Positions 23,825-37,110 are shown, counted from the stretch's first letter. The stretch is DNA of 64,000 nucleotides from Neoechinorhynchus agilis (GCA_051530055.1 CM121341.1:14362784-14426783), one strand, 5' to 3'. Made by a program: numbers and translations. Notes: a model not told the origin generated them from the letters alone.

Positions 23825-24630
23825 TAAAGACTAAAGATCTTTATAGTCCCGTATCTGGATTAATAGATTCTATAACAAAAATATTTTGAGATTTCGGAAG
23901 CGGAAATTTTATTTATTAGAGTAAAAATTTAGCGAAGATCAAGCTTCATTTAATTGCTTTTCCACAAGCGATAGAGTCTAAAGATCTTTATAGTCCCATC
24001 TGGATTAATAGATTATTTAACAAAAATATTTTGAGATTTCGAAAGAGGGGATCTTATTTAGGAGATTAATACCTTTAGCGAAAATAAAGGTTCATTTAGT
24101 GGTTTTTCCACAGTCGATTGATACTTTAAATTTTTCATAGTCCCATATCTTGATTAATAGATTCTATAGCAAAAGTATTTTGAGATTTCGAAAGAGGGAA
24201 ATTTATTTATAAGAATAAAACCTTAAGCGAAAATCAAGGTTCATTTTGTTGCTTGTCTGCAATGGATGGAGACTAAAGATCTTTTTAGTCCCAAATCTGG
24301 ATTAATAGATTCTATAACAAAAATATTTTTAGATTTCGGAAGCGGAAATTTTATTTATTAGAGTTAAACATTTTGCGAGAATCAAGGTTCATTTACTATC
24401 TTTTCCACTCTTTATAGTCCCAAATCTGTATTAATAGATTCTTTAAGAAAATTTTTTGAGATTTCGAAAGAGAGGATTTTATTAGAGTAAAACGTTTAGT
24501 TAAAAATCAAGGTTCATTTAGTTGTTTTTCCACATTCGATAGAGACTTAGGATCGCTTGGGTTCGGTTTCTGGATTAATAGATTCTCTAAAAAACATTTT
24601 TGGATGTCAGAAGCCTAAATTCTATTTATA
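23825..24630. repeat. Tandem array of ~147-bp units (about 5.5 diverged copies)
   Basis: The anchor tagtccc ends at 23850, 23997, 24144, 24292 and 24421 (spacings 147, 147, 148, 129). A more degenerate final unit lies near 24540-24630. Confidence 0.9.
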
Positions 24631-25164
24631 CAGTAGTACTTGAAGCAAAGTCGAAGGCTTACGTATTTTAGAACTTGTGGTCGACTTGATTTATCTTCGC
24701 ATAAAAATGGACTTGCATGTTTAAATTCAATGAAACTCAACTGTATTTTCCTAGTTTTTAAATTATTCAATCACTTACCTGACCCATATCGGTGGGCTTT
24801 CTTCCCAAGGAAAACTATTTGCCGTATGAGGGATTTAAACATATGAAAATGTTACCGGCTACCCAGACATAAGATAAAAGCAACCAATACTTTAAGATAA
24901 AACAAAGTGATTACCAAAATTAGAATCGTTAGGTCATATCAATGCGTTATTGAATCTCTTAAATCAGTGCTGAATAACCTTTGACCCGTGCTTGCAGTAC
25001 TAGTGAAATATCAACTTCTTAATTATTAAAGCTGCAAAATATATATTTGTGTTGTAATCTCTTCACTTTTTTGAAGAAATTTTAAATTTAAAATCCATTC
25101 AATCTTCCAACTGTCTTAATATTTTTGGATAATTAGGTTTATTTAATTATACTCGTAACATCAA

Positions 25165-25560
25165 TCGCGTCCAATCTCACCGCTGGTCGAGATCGTGCCC
25201 ATGACGGCCTTCTCTCCTTGGACAGTCACGTTTATCTTCTGTATGGGTAAAGTCTTACTCCCGTGATCGCCGATCGCTTGCCTCATAAGACGGCGTAATT
25301 CGTCGCATGGTTTAAGGTGGACTCCCCGAGCGCCCCTCGTATTTTTTTATTTTTTACCCGCCGCGAACGGCACCGAGGAAACGTTGCTTTGGTTACTTGT
25401 TGCCACTGAATCGACGCACTTGGCGTCCCAGACTGTATTTTAAATGACACCAAGGGAAAATTGGCATTGCATCCGATCACTTGCCCCAGAGCGGAATAAA
25501 TGCCAGGACTCGTGAATATTAGGGGCGCTGACTGAATTCATCCAAGCTCCGTACACCTTC
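25165..25560 (-). mobile_element. Degenerate CRE-clade RLE domain and C-terminus
   Basis: Minus frames read TVWDAKCVDSVATSN (cf. LVWDATCVDTLAPS) and LPIQKINVTVQGEKAVMGTI* (cf. FLxQRISIAVQRGNAAxVxGT). Confidence 0.6.
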
Positions 25561-25592
25561 GTCGTGCTAACTACTGGTCGTGATTGAGAAAC

Positions 25593-26052
25593 CTAGCCGG
25601 GTCGGCCTTTAAGTGAATCCCACGCCTTAGCGAGGAATGTGTCCCAATCCGACTTCTTGTGGCCACTTCTTAAACTTTTCCGTGAATCGTTTTCGGAAGC
25701 CATTCCAACACGTCTCCTTCCGTATCCTTTTTGTCTTTCTAATGAAGAGAAGAATGCTGGGACCGAGATTTCGGCGACACTTCGAATGCCACTCCATGCT
25801 GTATCCGAGATGGAGATATATTCGATCGGAATTTGTCGTCCAGCTTTTCCAAAATTGCCAAGTGCTCCAAATGGGTGGCAGCTCGTAGATATATAAATTA
25901 TTTCGGACGAGGAACATGGCTCCATGTGCTTTAAGATCGCGAACGCGTTGACAGAACAATTCCTTTCGACCATTACACCAGAATGGCCGCTGAGTGATCC
26001 AGATCGATGGTGTTGATGTTTTTCCAACTCCTTTTGTCCAGAAAAATATCAC
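25593..26052 (-). CDS. Unidentified coding-like exon(s)
   Basis: Two overlapping ORFs of about 140 aa (25593-26027 and 25627-26052). The correct frame and family are not determined. Confidence 0.3.
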
Positions 26053-26363
26053 TCACCGTTTAAATACTTAAATTTCAATTAGTGGTAGCATAAATTTTGT
26101 CGATCGTTGCAGATACTACGTTTAATTCTGAATAGTAACCTACAGTGGATTTTTTTGCTTCACAATAATTCACCTGCAGATATTTACAAAAATCGGAGTT
26201 CAGCAATCTTAAGATCAAGAAGTTAGGGAGAATTTCTTGTGGATGACTTTGGTTTCGCTTTATTTCATCCGTGGCTTAAAGTTCATTGAAACGTCTACAG
26301 ACATTTATTTAAGTATATTTTGACTGATTAAATGAATATTAATTGGCCGAAAACATTCCTTGA

Positions 26364-27465
26364 TCAACCACATTTAGGGCAGACGATATTATCTCCTTCC
26401 AAAATGAACTTTTTATTCGCCAATACGTCTTTGCATTTAGAACAAATGAAGCATTTACTATGCCAATTTTTACCATTGAAGTTTATATATTTACCAGTTC
26501 CTGAACCTGTACTACGGCGACGAACATTAAAAGTTGGTAATTTCTCTGATACAAACTGGTAATCAGATCTTTGCAAGCAAAACAACGTTCGCTGAATTTA
26601 GTTAAATAACAATTATTGCAATAAGCTTCTCCGTCTCGTGAGAAAAACTTGATTTTCGAAAGATTGCAATCACATTCCTTGCAGCGAAAACATTCACGAT
26701 GGAACGGCAGCTCACGGAATGCAACCCCGCCTGTCTCGATGATCTAAATGAGTCGGATACTAAAGTAAGTTCAGAATATTTATATCACCTTCCCACATCG
26801 ATGACATTTTGTTGCGAAAAGTTCCTCATTGCATAACGTACAGCAAACCTTTCCGTCCTTGATCAGGAATGAGGCACATGCAACTGGATTCTCACAGAAA
26901 TCGCACAGAAAGCAATTTTCGTGATATTGATTTCCTTTGTAGCTCAGTTTCTTGACTCCTAACATAATAGTAAAGTGACGATGATTTTCTTTTAATTGTT
27001 TCAGAAATTAATTTTACTCAAAGTGTCGATTTTATTATTTGGAAGAATATATGATGGTTTTACTTAAAAAGCTTACCTGGTTCAAAGATCTTCTTACACT
27101 TGAAGCAGCGAGCTGCGTAGTGTTCGTTGAAGCATTCAGTACAGCAAAGGCTATCCACGTGAAATACGAACGGTTGTCCAATAAGTGATTTGTCGCACCT
27201 TATACAATAAAAGCAAGTCCCATGCCAATGTTTGTTTTGATATGCAATGTTCTACATCGGGATTTAGCGAAAACACGAAGAATTTTCTACGTACTTTCAT
27301 ATCAGCGCCGATCCTGATCTTGCATTTTTCACAATTATGGCAAAAGTTTTCTCCGAAGCAATCAACACAATAAGTCCGGTCATCTTTCATGATCATTTTA
27401 TTTCCAGCCAGGGTTTTGTCGCACCACCAACAACTAAGATGTTCAACATGCCACCGGTTGTCCAT
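26364..27465 (-). CDS. Four-and-a-half-LIM (FHL-like) protein; partial tandem paralog of the adjacent PET-LIM gene
   Basis: Five exons with canonical GT-AG introns: WHVEHLSCWWCD...YCVDC, KHWHGTCFYCIRC, YHENCFLCDFC, FHRECFRCKEC, NWHSKCFICSKC...CPKCG*. No PET or LIM1 found upstream. Confidence 0.85.
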
Positions 27466-28586
27466 GGAATGTTTGAGGGAACTTAGAGTTGTCTAGTAGT
27501 TCGCGCGATTGGATTTATCTTCTGGCACATCCAACTGAAAACTCCGGTACCATTGTTGTGCATTATTGATATATATACTCTTATAGTCCGTAAATGTGAG
27601 TTATTGCAATGTCGGTTGTGTCTGCTCTGCCTCGGGGGAGAATAAAGAATATAACTTTGTCGGTCTTGTTTTGAGAGACTCAAGCAGATTTAAACGGCAC
27701 ATTAGGTAAAAACTTTATTAAACGAAACTCGTAGTTTGCATGATCCAGTTCTCACCTTTTTATGTGAGTGGTCCTTCATCAGACTACTGGATCGTTAGTA
27801 TAAAAAAAAGCGTATCCGTAAGTGGTTAAATGTCACATTTACCCAAAGCTGATCATTAGTCTATGCTGGAAAATGATGGATTCTTCGAATCGTGATGAAG
27901 GTTGTTATCTGGGCAAAATACTTATTAGAATTATTGTTTAGGTCTTTACTTGGTAAATAATTTTTTATTAAAAACTTTTCGAACCTCAACGGGTTTATCA
28001 TCAATTGCATTCGTACGCCGATAAAGCTTTTTGCAAGATATTATATGAAAATCTTTAGCGTATTAGTAACACAATTTTGTTTTGTAAGCGTAAATAAGCA
28101 CATTGTGAAATTACGTCGAAATTCAAAGGTTGAAAAAAATAGTTTCTTGCAAAATTTACTTTAGTGGAATAAAGAGAAGTCAAAAAGCTCCCTGAGAATC
28201 GCCTAACAAATGATCAAAGAGCGCTTTTAAATACGCAAATGAAACAAAAATATTTTTTCATATAATATCGCTCTTAGCCGTGTAAGTTAAACCCGAACAA
28301 AAGTTGTTTTTATTCACAAAAGGTCTTTTTCGACAATTCGATAATATCTGGCGTTTTTCTTAAGTACCAAAATTTACTTTTTGATAGCGAATTATAATAA
28401 TTGAATTTTTTGATAATTTTCGGCCTTCGCGTAGGCCTTCTTCAGTTTATTGTTTGAAAGTAATAATTCGCTATAAAAAAATAGAAAAGTAAATGATGAA
28501 CTTCTTTACACCAAAGTGTCTAATTTTTTTAAACCTGTATAATTTTTGAAATTCAATCAATCTTCATTTCTCGACAATTAACGCAC

Positions 28587-28730
28587 TCACCACATCCCGC
28601 CAAATTCCAGCTTTTGTCCTTCCTCGACCGTCGCCATCACGCTGGCAGCATTGCCCCGTTGTACTGCTAGCGAGATATTTTGTCGAAGGAATACGCCTGC
28701 TCTTGAGTCTCCGGTTGCCTCATAAATGCA
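28587..28730 (-). mobile_element. CRE-clade retrotransposon 3' end
   Basis: Reads EATGDSRAGVFLRQNISLAVQRGNAASVMATVEEG. Confidence 0.8.
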
Positions 28731-30324
28731 CAGTCGAATGTTAGGACTGATAATTATTGCTGCTTTTTGATAATGCGCTTTTAAGATATTTTTGAACTTT
28801 TCCCTATTTCGCATGCTGAATTATTAATGCCATTAATAAATAAGTTTCGTCGTTAATTAAAATACATAAAATCTTACATACTGATCGAGTTTTTCGTCGC
28901 TTATTAAATTTTTCAGATTTCATATATTTGCTCGGAAACCGCAAGTTGCGAAAATTATACAGTTCTTAAATAAAACGTCCTATCGACCTTACTTTGCAAT
29001 ATTGAGCCGAAATGCTTATTTAAAAATTCTATGTTTAAGTTAAGTTTTCTAAAGTTTTAACTTCAAACTACTCGCAGACTTGATTTATTGTTATGTCGTA
29101 TGCAACGGAATTTTCTTATTTCGATTTTTAGTATATGAAGAATTCATCATTTGGAAAAAAATTTAATAATGAGACTAAATACATCTTTTCGCTTATGTAG
29201 ATTAAACGGAAATGAATACATTTTCATGAAAAACAGCCAATCGGAATACATTCTGAATAAAAATTACATTTTTTCGACAAAAAAGAATTAAGAAAATAAA
29301 ACTGAAGTTTTTAATGTTCGACTTATTTGTAGGCTATTTAATTAATACAACAAATTGAACAGAGGCTAACGGATCTTCTTTTTCTTGGTGAACATTTTGA
29401 GAAATGAGACACTGATAAAGTTTGTCAATCTTTGCGCCTTGTTCTCCGTATTTTCTAGCACCAAATAAAATTATGTAAAATGCTAAACAATTCTTCATCA
29501 CCTTTCCCCATATTAGGACACATAAATTGACTTCGGTAAAGTTTAATCAAATGCTGAGAAATAGCTTTCTTGGTAAATAGTCAAGTCACTTCTTTAACGT
29601 GTCATTTCAACACTCTCGAATACTCACGGTAGGTAAAGCTAAAAATTCACCTTTGCGCCTTCCGAGCTCCTGGCTCCGATTCTACTCACAAACTGGCTTT
29701 GTCTCAACCATCAGGTGCTGTGTTTTCACAGTGATGGACTTTAGTTTGGTAGACTTCACTTTTTTACTGAATCGTCTTCAAAAGTGCAATCCGGTCCTTC
29801 GTATTCTTCTCAAAACTTTTTTATTCATCTTACCAATTAAATTAAAACGAATATTGAATAAAAACATTGATGAATATGAACGAGCCTTATTTTTGGATTA
29901 CTTGATTACTAATCTATCGAAAAGAATCGTGTTCGAACCTGAACAGCGTGGGACTGTTCCCAAAACGTTAAAGGCAAGAGAAGTGGATTTATAGTTCAGA
30001 TGTGATTGGAGTTTAATTCTTAAGAGCATAAACGGACGAATGATGGAACTTGAATGTAAGCAACATGAATAGTCCTATTTGAACGATGTTAATAATCACT
30101 TAGATTAGCTCTATCTCTTTTTAAAAAAATTTTGGCAATGATATTTATTCAAAATTGAATTAAACTTATAAATTTTTGTGTCGATTTATGTCGTAAATGA
30201 AATCGATAATTTTGATATGTTTTCACTTTGTTCAACTCAGTTAATCACTACCTTGAAATGGCACTTAAAGGATACCGTTAAAAATGAAGAAACAGCTTAA
30301 TCCGATCGAAACTAAAACTCGTGA

Positions 30325-30420
30325 TCACCGGCGATATGCGATCCAGCCAGCGCGGCGATCCAACGCGGCAGTGCCGCGGCCATCAAGGAAGCTGCCGAAC
30401 AAACATAACATTTGGAGTGT
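30325..30420 (+). mobile_element. CRE-clade retrotransposon 3' end (same subfamily as 11745-11860)
   Basis: Reads SAAIQRGSAAAIKEAAEQT*. Confidence 0.75.
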
Positions 30421-30780
30421 AGAATTACTCAAAATTAAATAAGTCGATGGAAATCAGAATAGAATTTAAGTAAAACGAAACATTGATTCGCAGAAAACTT
30501 TCGAAATATATATTTAAGCTACCTGTTTTTCTATCTCAACTTATTGTAGGGCCAGTTATTAGTACACGTTTGATTTAAAAATTCATTTGCTTTTTCCATC
30601 GCACGCAGTGTTTTAAATCGTTATCCAAAATGTTCAAAGTTCCTCGGAAAATGTTTTTGTGCTTAGAAATCTACATTGTTGCTAACTCTTAGATATTCAA
30701 TAAGACAGACATTTATTAATCTAATGATATACGGATAAACTAATTTAATTCGTAAATCTACCATATAGGAGTATAGGCTC

Positions 30781-33496
30781 CTAATAAGCGCACTTAGGAC
30801 AGATAATATCGACCCCTTCGACTAGAAATGTTCTATTGGCTAACGACATTCTGCATTTGCAGCAAACAAAGCAATGGCTATGCCAATTTTTGTCCTCGAA
30901 ATTGATATACTTTGATCCATCGTCACCTGCATTCAAACGATCGTTTGATAAGCCCGTTATTATTCAGATAAACTGACCAGTTATGGGATCACTGCAGGCA
31001 AAACATCGCTTGCAAAAGTTGTTCGAATAGCAAGTGTTGCAGTAAGCTTCGCTTTCATGCGATAAAAACTTTATCTTCGATAGGTTGCACCCACAAAGTT
31101 TGCAAATAAAACATTCCTGGTGAAATGGCACTTCTCGAAATACAACTCCACCATTCTCAATCACCTAAATGATGCCATTTTCTCTTCTATGCTTAATATT
31201 GTCATCGGCACCTTTCCACATCGATGGCATTTTGTGGCAAAGACATTATCATAACACTGCTTGCAGCAAACTTTTTCATCTTTTATCGAAAATGATGAAC
31301 TTGATATTGGATTTTCACAAAACTCGCATATAAAGCAACTCTCGTGGTATTCATTGCCCCTATAGCCGAGCTTCTTTGCGCCTTAAAAAATGTGAATTAG
31401 ACGCAAAACACGCACAAGTAAAAAGTTTTATAATTTGATAAATTAATTCTACAAACGATGAGTTCCCAGTTGAAAATAGAATTCTTATTGCTTGTTTATG
31501 GCGTGGAAATTAATTTTTTTTATAAAATCTGATATTTCGGCACTATCTTGTGCCTCACATATTTAAAAACTTACAAGCAACCTTGTGATAAACGTGTACA
31601 AGATTGTACCTCCGAAATATTGGATTTAATAAATTCTTTTAATTTTTACGCCATAAACAAGCATGAACAGTTCAATCTTCAAACATAATTATTATTCTTT
31701 ATGGTCACATGTATCGAAATAAACCACTTTGGAGGAGACTAGCATACCATTACAGTACGAAAGGCAACATTCATTTTCGAGAATTGCTTTTCTGCTTCGC
31801 GAAAATCATAATGTATTTCATCCCGCAATTTCGTTTGATCAGCACTCAAATTCGCGACAACGCCCTAAAACATCATCCAAATGACATGAAATGTGATGAA
31901 ATAATTGCCTTTTCTAGTCACAAGGGCACATATTAGCACCATGTCTATTTATTTTCCAATTAAAAATCTACATATCAATTATCATGGTTCAAAAGTTTCA
32001 AATCGAAAATGATAGGTCATTAAGTCGCCTTTTTTTAATGATTTGTGCTTAGTTACAAACCTGGTTTAAAAACTTTATTACATTTGAAGCATCTTGCAGC
32101 ATAATGCTCGTTGAAGCAATCGATACAGCAGAGACTTTCCAAGTGAAATACGAAGGGTTGTCCAATAAGTGATTTGTCACATCGAAAGCAATAAAAACAA
32201 GCTCCGTGCCAATGTTTGTTTTGATATGCAATGTCCTAATTCATTAGAAAATGAGAAATAACTTTAAAAAATACCTTCATGTCGGCACCGATTTTTATTT
32301 TGCATTTCTCGCAAGTATGACAGAAATTTCCTTCAAAGCAATCCAGACAGTAAGTCCGGTCCTCTTTCATGATCAATTTATTGCCAGCCAAAGTCCTATC
32401 GCATCTCCAACAACTGAGATGCTCTACGTGCCAATGATTGTTCATACTTGATATGAAGTTGGTTTGGCAAATGATCTTTTAAAAAAAGGAAGTGAAAGCG
32501 AGATGAGTGAAATCCGAGACAGCACCACATATATAAATGACGGGTAACGCATTATTATGCCCACATTAATTTTCCTTCGCTGAATACTGAAATCCCTCGA
32601 GTCGAGGATTTAGTTGCACTAACTCACCTCATCGCAAGTATAGCAGCGGCTTCGTAGATTGTCATTAAAATGTCGAACGCAATAAAGTGAAAATCCTATT
32701 CGACAATACGCCAAGTCAGCAAGCAAATCAGAACATTTTCTGCATTTAAAACAGTGGGGATGCCAATAAGCCGTTTGGTTGCCGACGTTTACGATAGCTG
32801 CCAATTTTCCAATACCAAGCAAGCCTTTACATTCTTCACATATCTACAAAAAAACGAGCGCATTAAAGTGTCAATGATTTCCACATAGAGATTATTTACT
32901 CACATATTCATCAGTTAAACGAGTGACTTCTGCCAGTCCGAACTTCATTAACATTTCGGATTTAAACTTGGTAAAAATTTCACGCTCATCTTGCGTTACC
33001 ACAGATTCACAAAAATCTGGATCGATATCTTGTAAAGGGATTTGAAACATCAACGATTTTATCCGAAAAATTGCTCCTTGTCCTTGAATTTTAGGAATCT
33101 CCTCTTCGTTGAAATCGGCAAAATATTCATCGATCTAAATTTCGAGCATTGAAGAAAATGAAAAGACAAATGAAGACTATACTTCGTTTTCACGTAAACC
33201 GCAAGGCAGCCAAGTGTATCCAGCATCGAGACATTTCGAGTGAGCGTCCTCATTGGGCTTAAGAGTAGTTCTGTCCTGTAATACTTTATCCAATGTTATA
33301 TCTATCGGGACTTTAGCCAAATGGAAATTTTTGAAGCATTTGCAACTAGCACACGATAACCTACATAAGTTACGGATGCCCCAGTCAAAATTTAAAAATT
33401 TAGTACTGACTTATTGGTTTTTCCAGGTTCAAACCCAACGCATGTTTCACATGCTCGACATTTTTGGAGTCTAAACTCGAACATTTGATTGCTCAT
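30781..33496 (-). CDS. Lmpt: LIMPETin/Limpet-type protein: Cys-rich N-terminus, PET domain and six LIM domains
   Basis: Exon 1: MSNQMFEFRLQKCRACETCVGFEP. PET domain: YTWLPCGL...IDEYFADF...KSLMFQIPLQDIDPDFC. Six LIM domains follow in exons with canonical GT-AG introns. Stop at 30781-30783. Confidence 0.9.
31470..31683. mobile_element. Two-armed MITE (family B) inside an intron of the PET-LIM gene
   Basis: Perfect 16-bp inverted repeat 31489-31504/31648-31663 within longer imperfect arms. Confidence 0.75.
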
Positions 33497-35079
33497 TAGT
33501 TTTTAAATCTAACAATGGAAGCTAAACAATATTGGGTCGACTTCACTTGTACTTTGGAGCGGGGTACACCAGCTTTTAAAAGAACTCAATGAATTATTCA
33601 AGGAATTAAATGCGACGTTTGTCACCGGTTAACCTAATCCAATTGTCCTCCTTTGCTAAGGGAGCTAAAGAACTAACATGATTCCATCAGCCTGCTATGC
33701 ATCATAGATCATAGGCATAGAAGGCATTTTACGGCAAAATGCATAACTTATTGTATAAGGAAGACGTGCCTTTGTGAAGCAAAGGATCGATCTGTGATTA
33801 CATTTCGGTCACGGACAATATATCCAAGCAACCAGGGCGTGATTTGAGAAGAGTAGCGTGGAGTGTCTTAATTAAATCACTAAAACAAATACTTCAACGA
33901 CGCAGAACTTCCTTCATAGACTCAATTCCAAGTGAAGCGAGAGTTCGATTGAGAAGGTGTTTGCTAGCGAGGAGAGCGCGCTGACTATTAATGAGTTAAA
34001 ACTTCAATATCACAAATCCTCAGAAGATAACCGACGCTTTTTTGAAACTCATAAAAGCGCAGCTTGTTTTATAAGCGAAATTCAAAGAATGCTTAAATAC
34101 TCTTATTAACAGCTGAATTCGAAACCGATTCGTGTCTAATATGGCTACAGTCGCAAGTATTCAGTCGAGACTTTAGTATCTACTAATAAAAGTTCACTAT
34201 TTACTCATCAGACATTTTAATTTAGTCGTTTTCATGAATTACGGTCTCATTTGTGCGAATTAAACCGAGATACTGCTTCCGGTTTAAAGACTTTCAATCG
34301 TTTTAGTAAAGCTAGAAAGTAACGCTGCGTCGTGAGTTCTTTAAGGAAAATAGGTTAGAAGCACGTGATTTTTCTGTTGTGCCCTGAACTCTCGTGCCTG
34401 ATTTATTTCTCCATTATCGCAGAAACACGAGGACGCCAACCACAATACTACTTTCAGTTTATCTCATTTTTTGCGTTTTGTGATAACAAAGTTATGATTA
34501 TTAACGTTGTAAGAAAGACAGGATTAATCCCAGTAGCAAAGACTAAATGCTCTAAGACAAAGATGGCATTGTGGACTCTTATTGATGTGTCACATTGCTT
34601 TGAATCTTAAAGTTCGAAGTTTTCGATGACTCCCGCATAAATCTTTACACTAAAACGGAATATATTTAATAAAGTTTGGCATTTTCATATCTCGAGATAT
34701 ATATGAAAAATAAGTAATGCATCATAAAACATTACTGAGGAGCTTACGACAAAGATGATGCACCCGAGTGTAAAATTAAATGAAGACTTTCTGAACGCGA
34801 TTTGGACATTTGCTGATATCTTGAGGAATTTTAATTGCTTACCTATGGCTGTTTTTCCGGTTACAAAATGTTAAAATATATAATTACATGCGGATTTCAG
34901 AGCACATGAGTTTGAAAAGGGAAGTGTTTTTTTCAAGAGACGATTGTTTGATGCAAGAATATGATTTGTTCTCCATTTAAGTTTTATAAGGTCGCTGTAC
35001 CTGACCAACAGTGATTTTGCGCAACCCTTTATTGTGAGCGTGGCACCTTCAATCAAATATTTAATTGCAAAGAAATCGA

Positions 35080-36298
35080 TCACAAAGCGTCATCCTCTCT
35101 AATACGCCTTGTAATGGCCATTGCACATTCACATGCGGAGTTTTTGGGTAACTTAAAATGACTGGTCAAATGACATGCGAATCCCTTCCAATCTTTGAAT
35201 CCTCCGGTTTTATATAGATTGTAAACATCCTGAACACCGTTCACCCCTTCATTTCTGAAATTTTGAACTGTTCGGCCAACGCCAGGAATGTCACTGAGTT
35301 TTAGACTATTTAAATCAGCCTTTAAAAAATTTTTGAATTTTTTCGATTGAAATAATTCGTTTTCTAAATAAAACATTGAAAGTTTGTCACTAATGAAAGT
35401 TATTTCACCTTCTCTTGACTCCAACTGAAGATCCTCTTTCATTTTCTCTTTCTCATCAGTCAAATGGTCGTCAAATGGATCGTGCTTTATAAACTCTTCC
35501 TTTTTAATATCCTTAGTTAGAGGTTCTTTAGCTTCTAAATTAAAATAATGAACCGAATTCGGTATACGTTTAAAAATAGTACCTGGGATTAGATCTGGAC
35601 TCTTTGGCGGTTGTTTTAATTTAGGAACCCTGTTTCCAATATTTTTACTCACTGCTTCCTTCCCCGGGTACACTAAACAAAAACCATCAATCGAGCACTA
35701 TATTTACCTGCGTACCCTGCGGTTCCTTTCTGAGCTCCATTTGTGGAATTATCGAAACGTGCTTTGTATTGATGGCTTCTGGAACTGTATCAGGTTTTAG
35801 GTTTGTTTTCTTTTTACTTTGGTCTATTTTAACATTTTCCTTCTTGATTGTATCACTTACAAGATCTTTAGGAGATTCCAAGCGATTATTCTCAATTTCT
35901 TGGAAATGTCGCTTAGTAGTTTGCGCCACTTCTTTGTTCGAATCATCACTCTTGACAGTAAACGGGACTGCTGAATTCAAAACCTTTTCCTTCTTAGAAT
36001 CAGTGTTTTCTTCCAAAATTGGATTCGTGTCCTTTTTAACCAGTTTCTGGAAGAGGTTTTTAAAACCATTTGGTCTATCCTGATTGTCTTTGCTAGTCAC
36101 GCCCTTATTTTGCTCTTCAGTGAGATTATCCTTTATCGCTTTCTTCGATGTGATGCCCATACTAGGTGCTGCTCTATCCACTAGATCGTATTGTTGGTAA
36201 CAAATCGTCATTCCTGCTTTATCATCATCCAATATCATTTCGACTCCCAGTGGACTCTTATCAACCTTCTTTTTCTTTTGCTCATCCAATTTCGGCAT
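35080..36298 (-). CDS. ~390-aa protein: K/E/D-rich low-complexity N-terminus plus a C-terminal barrier-to-autointegration-factor (BAF)-like domain
   Basis: ORFs 35687-36298 and 35080-35673 can be joined by a phase-1 GT-AG intron (gtacgc...gtttag). The C-terminus SKKFKNFLKADLNSLKLSDIPGVG...EGVNGVQDVYNLY...SACECAMAI aligns by eye with BAF [24 protein letters not shown]...QSRDCFGCL. Confidence 0.7.
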
Positions 36299-36825
36299 TT
36301 CCTAGTCAAACAGGTTTAAATTAGTGTACATAACAAGACGTTGTCATGGAAATCAGCTTGAGTTGAACTTTTTAAAGCTAATCCTTATTTGGTATCATAC
36401 TTTGATGTCTACGTTTTGGAAATTAGAATTCAACCTTTCCGCATTAGTGCGCTGTTGTGCTTCAATTCACGTGCGAATTGATCCAAGAATTGCTTCTATA
36501 TAGGCTGTAAATTCATCGAAGCTGATTTCTCTTTTCTAATCTGCACGAGAAATTCGTGCGGAATCCGGATTATGACATATCAGATAACGGTTTAGGCTAC
36601 CAAAAAGCACATATAATTGCAAAAAATAGTCCCAACGTTGTCCAGATTCAAATTCGTTACTGGCGGAGACGATGATGAGCTCCAAACGTCTGAAGCCGTC
36701 GTCAATTTCAATGGTCCCACACTTCTTTGACCAAAGAGAGGAGGATGGAGCCAGATAACCGGCCAATTCGGCTACGAGCGCCATCTACAACAAAAATGTA
36801 GGCGGACAGTGCTTCTCACATAGCA

Positions 36826-37110
36826 ATATAATAATAACACGTTTATTTGATAGTAAAAAAAGAAAAGGACTCTTGTATGTTTGAGTCCTCATAAAAACTC
36901 GGATTCAGATTTGTTAAATGAATGCGGTTGTTGATTTTGGAGTGGATTACTGTTTCGGTCGGGTTGGGAGGTTTGTTCGGACGGAGATTGGTGGTCATTG
37001 TGTGCAGGAGAGCTTGGGTCTTTCCTCAGGTTCATTTCAGGTCATGATACCCATGAAGACTTGGCAGTATGGAAAAAGGAGCGGAGCGAAGTTGTGGGAA
37101 GGATTAAATT
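36826..37110 (-). mobile_element. L2/CR1-like LINE 3' end (family copy)
   Basis: Minus frame reads LILPTTSLRSFFHTAKSSWVS*PE. Stem AGGACTC/GAGTCCT; tail aaataaacgtgttattattat. Confidence 0.8.

Noticed and set aside
23825-24630. CRISPR-like interpretation of this array or of the 255-bp arrays
   Set aside because: The units are contiguous with no unique spacers, there are no cas genes, and the context is eukaryotic.
33560-33900. Possible decayed APE endonuclease on the minus strand (LDILSVTE...)
   Set aside because: Only one weak motif amid many stops; not enough to call.
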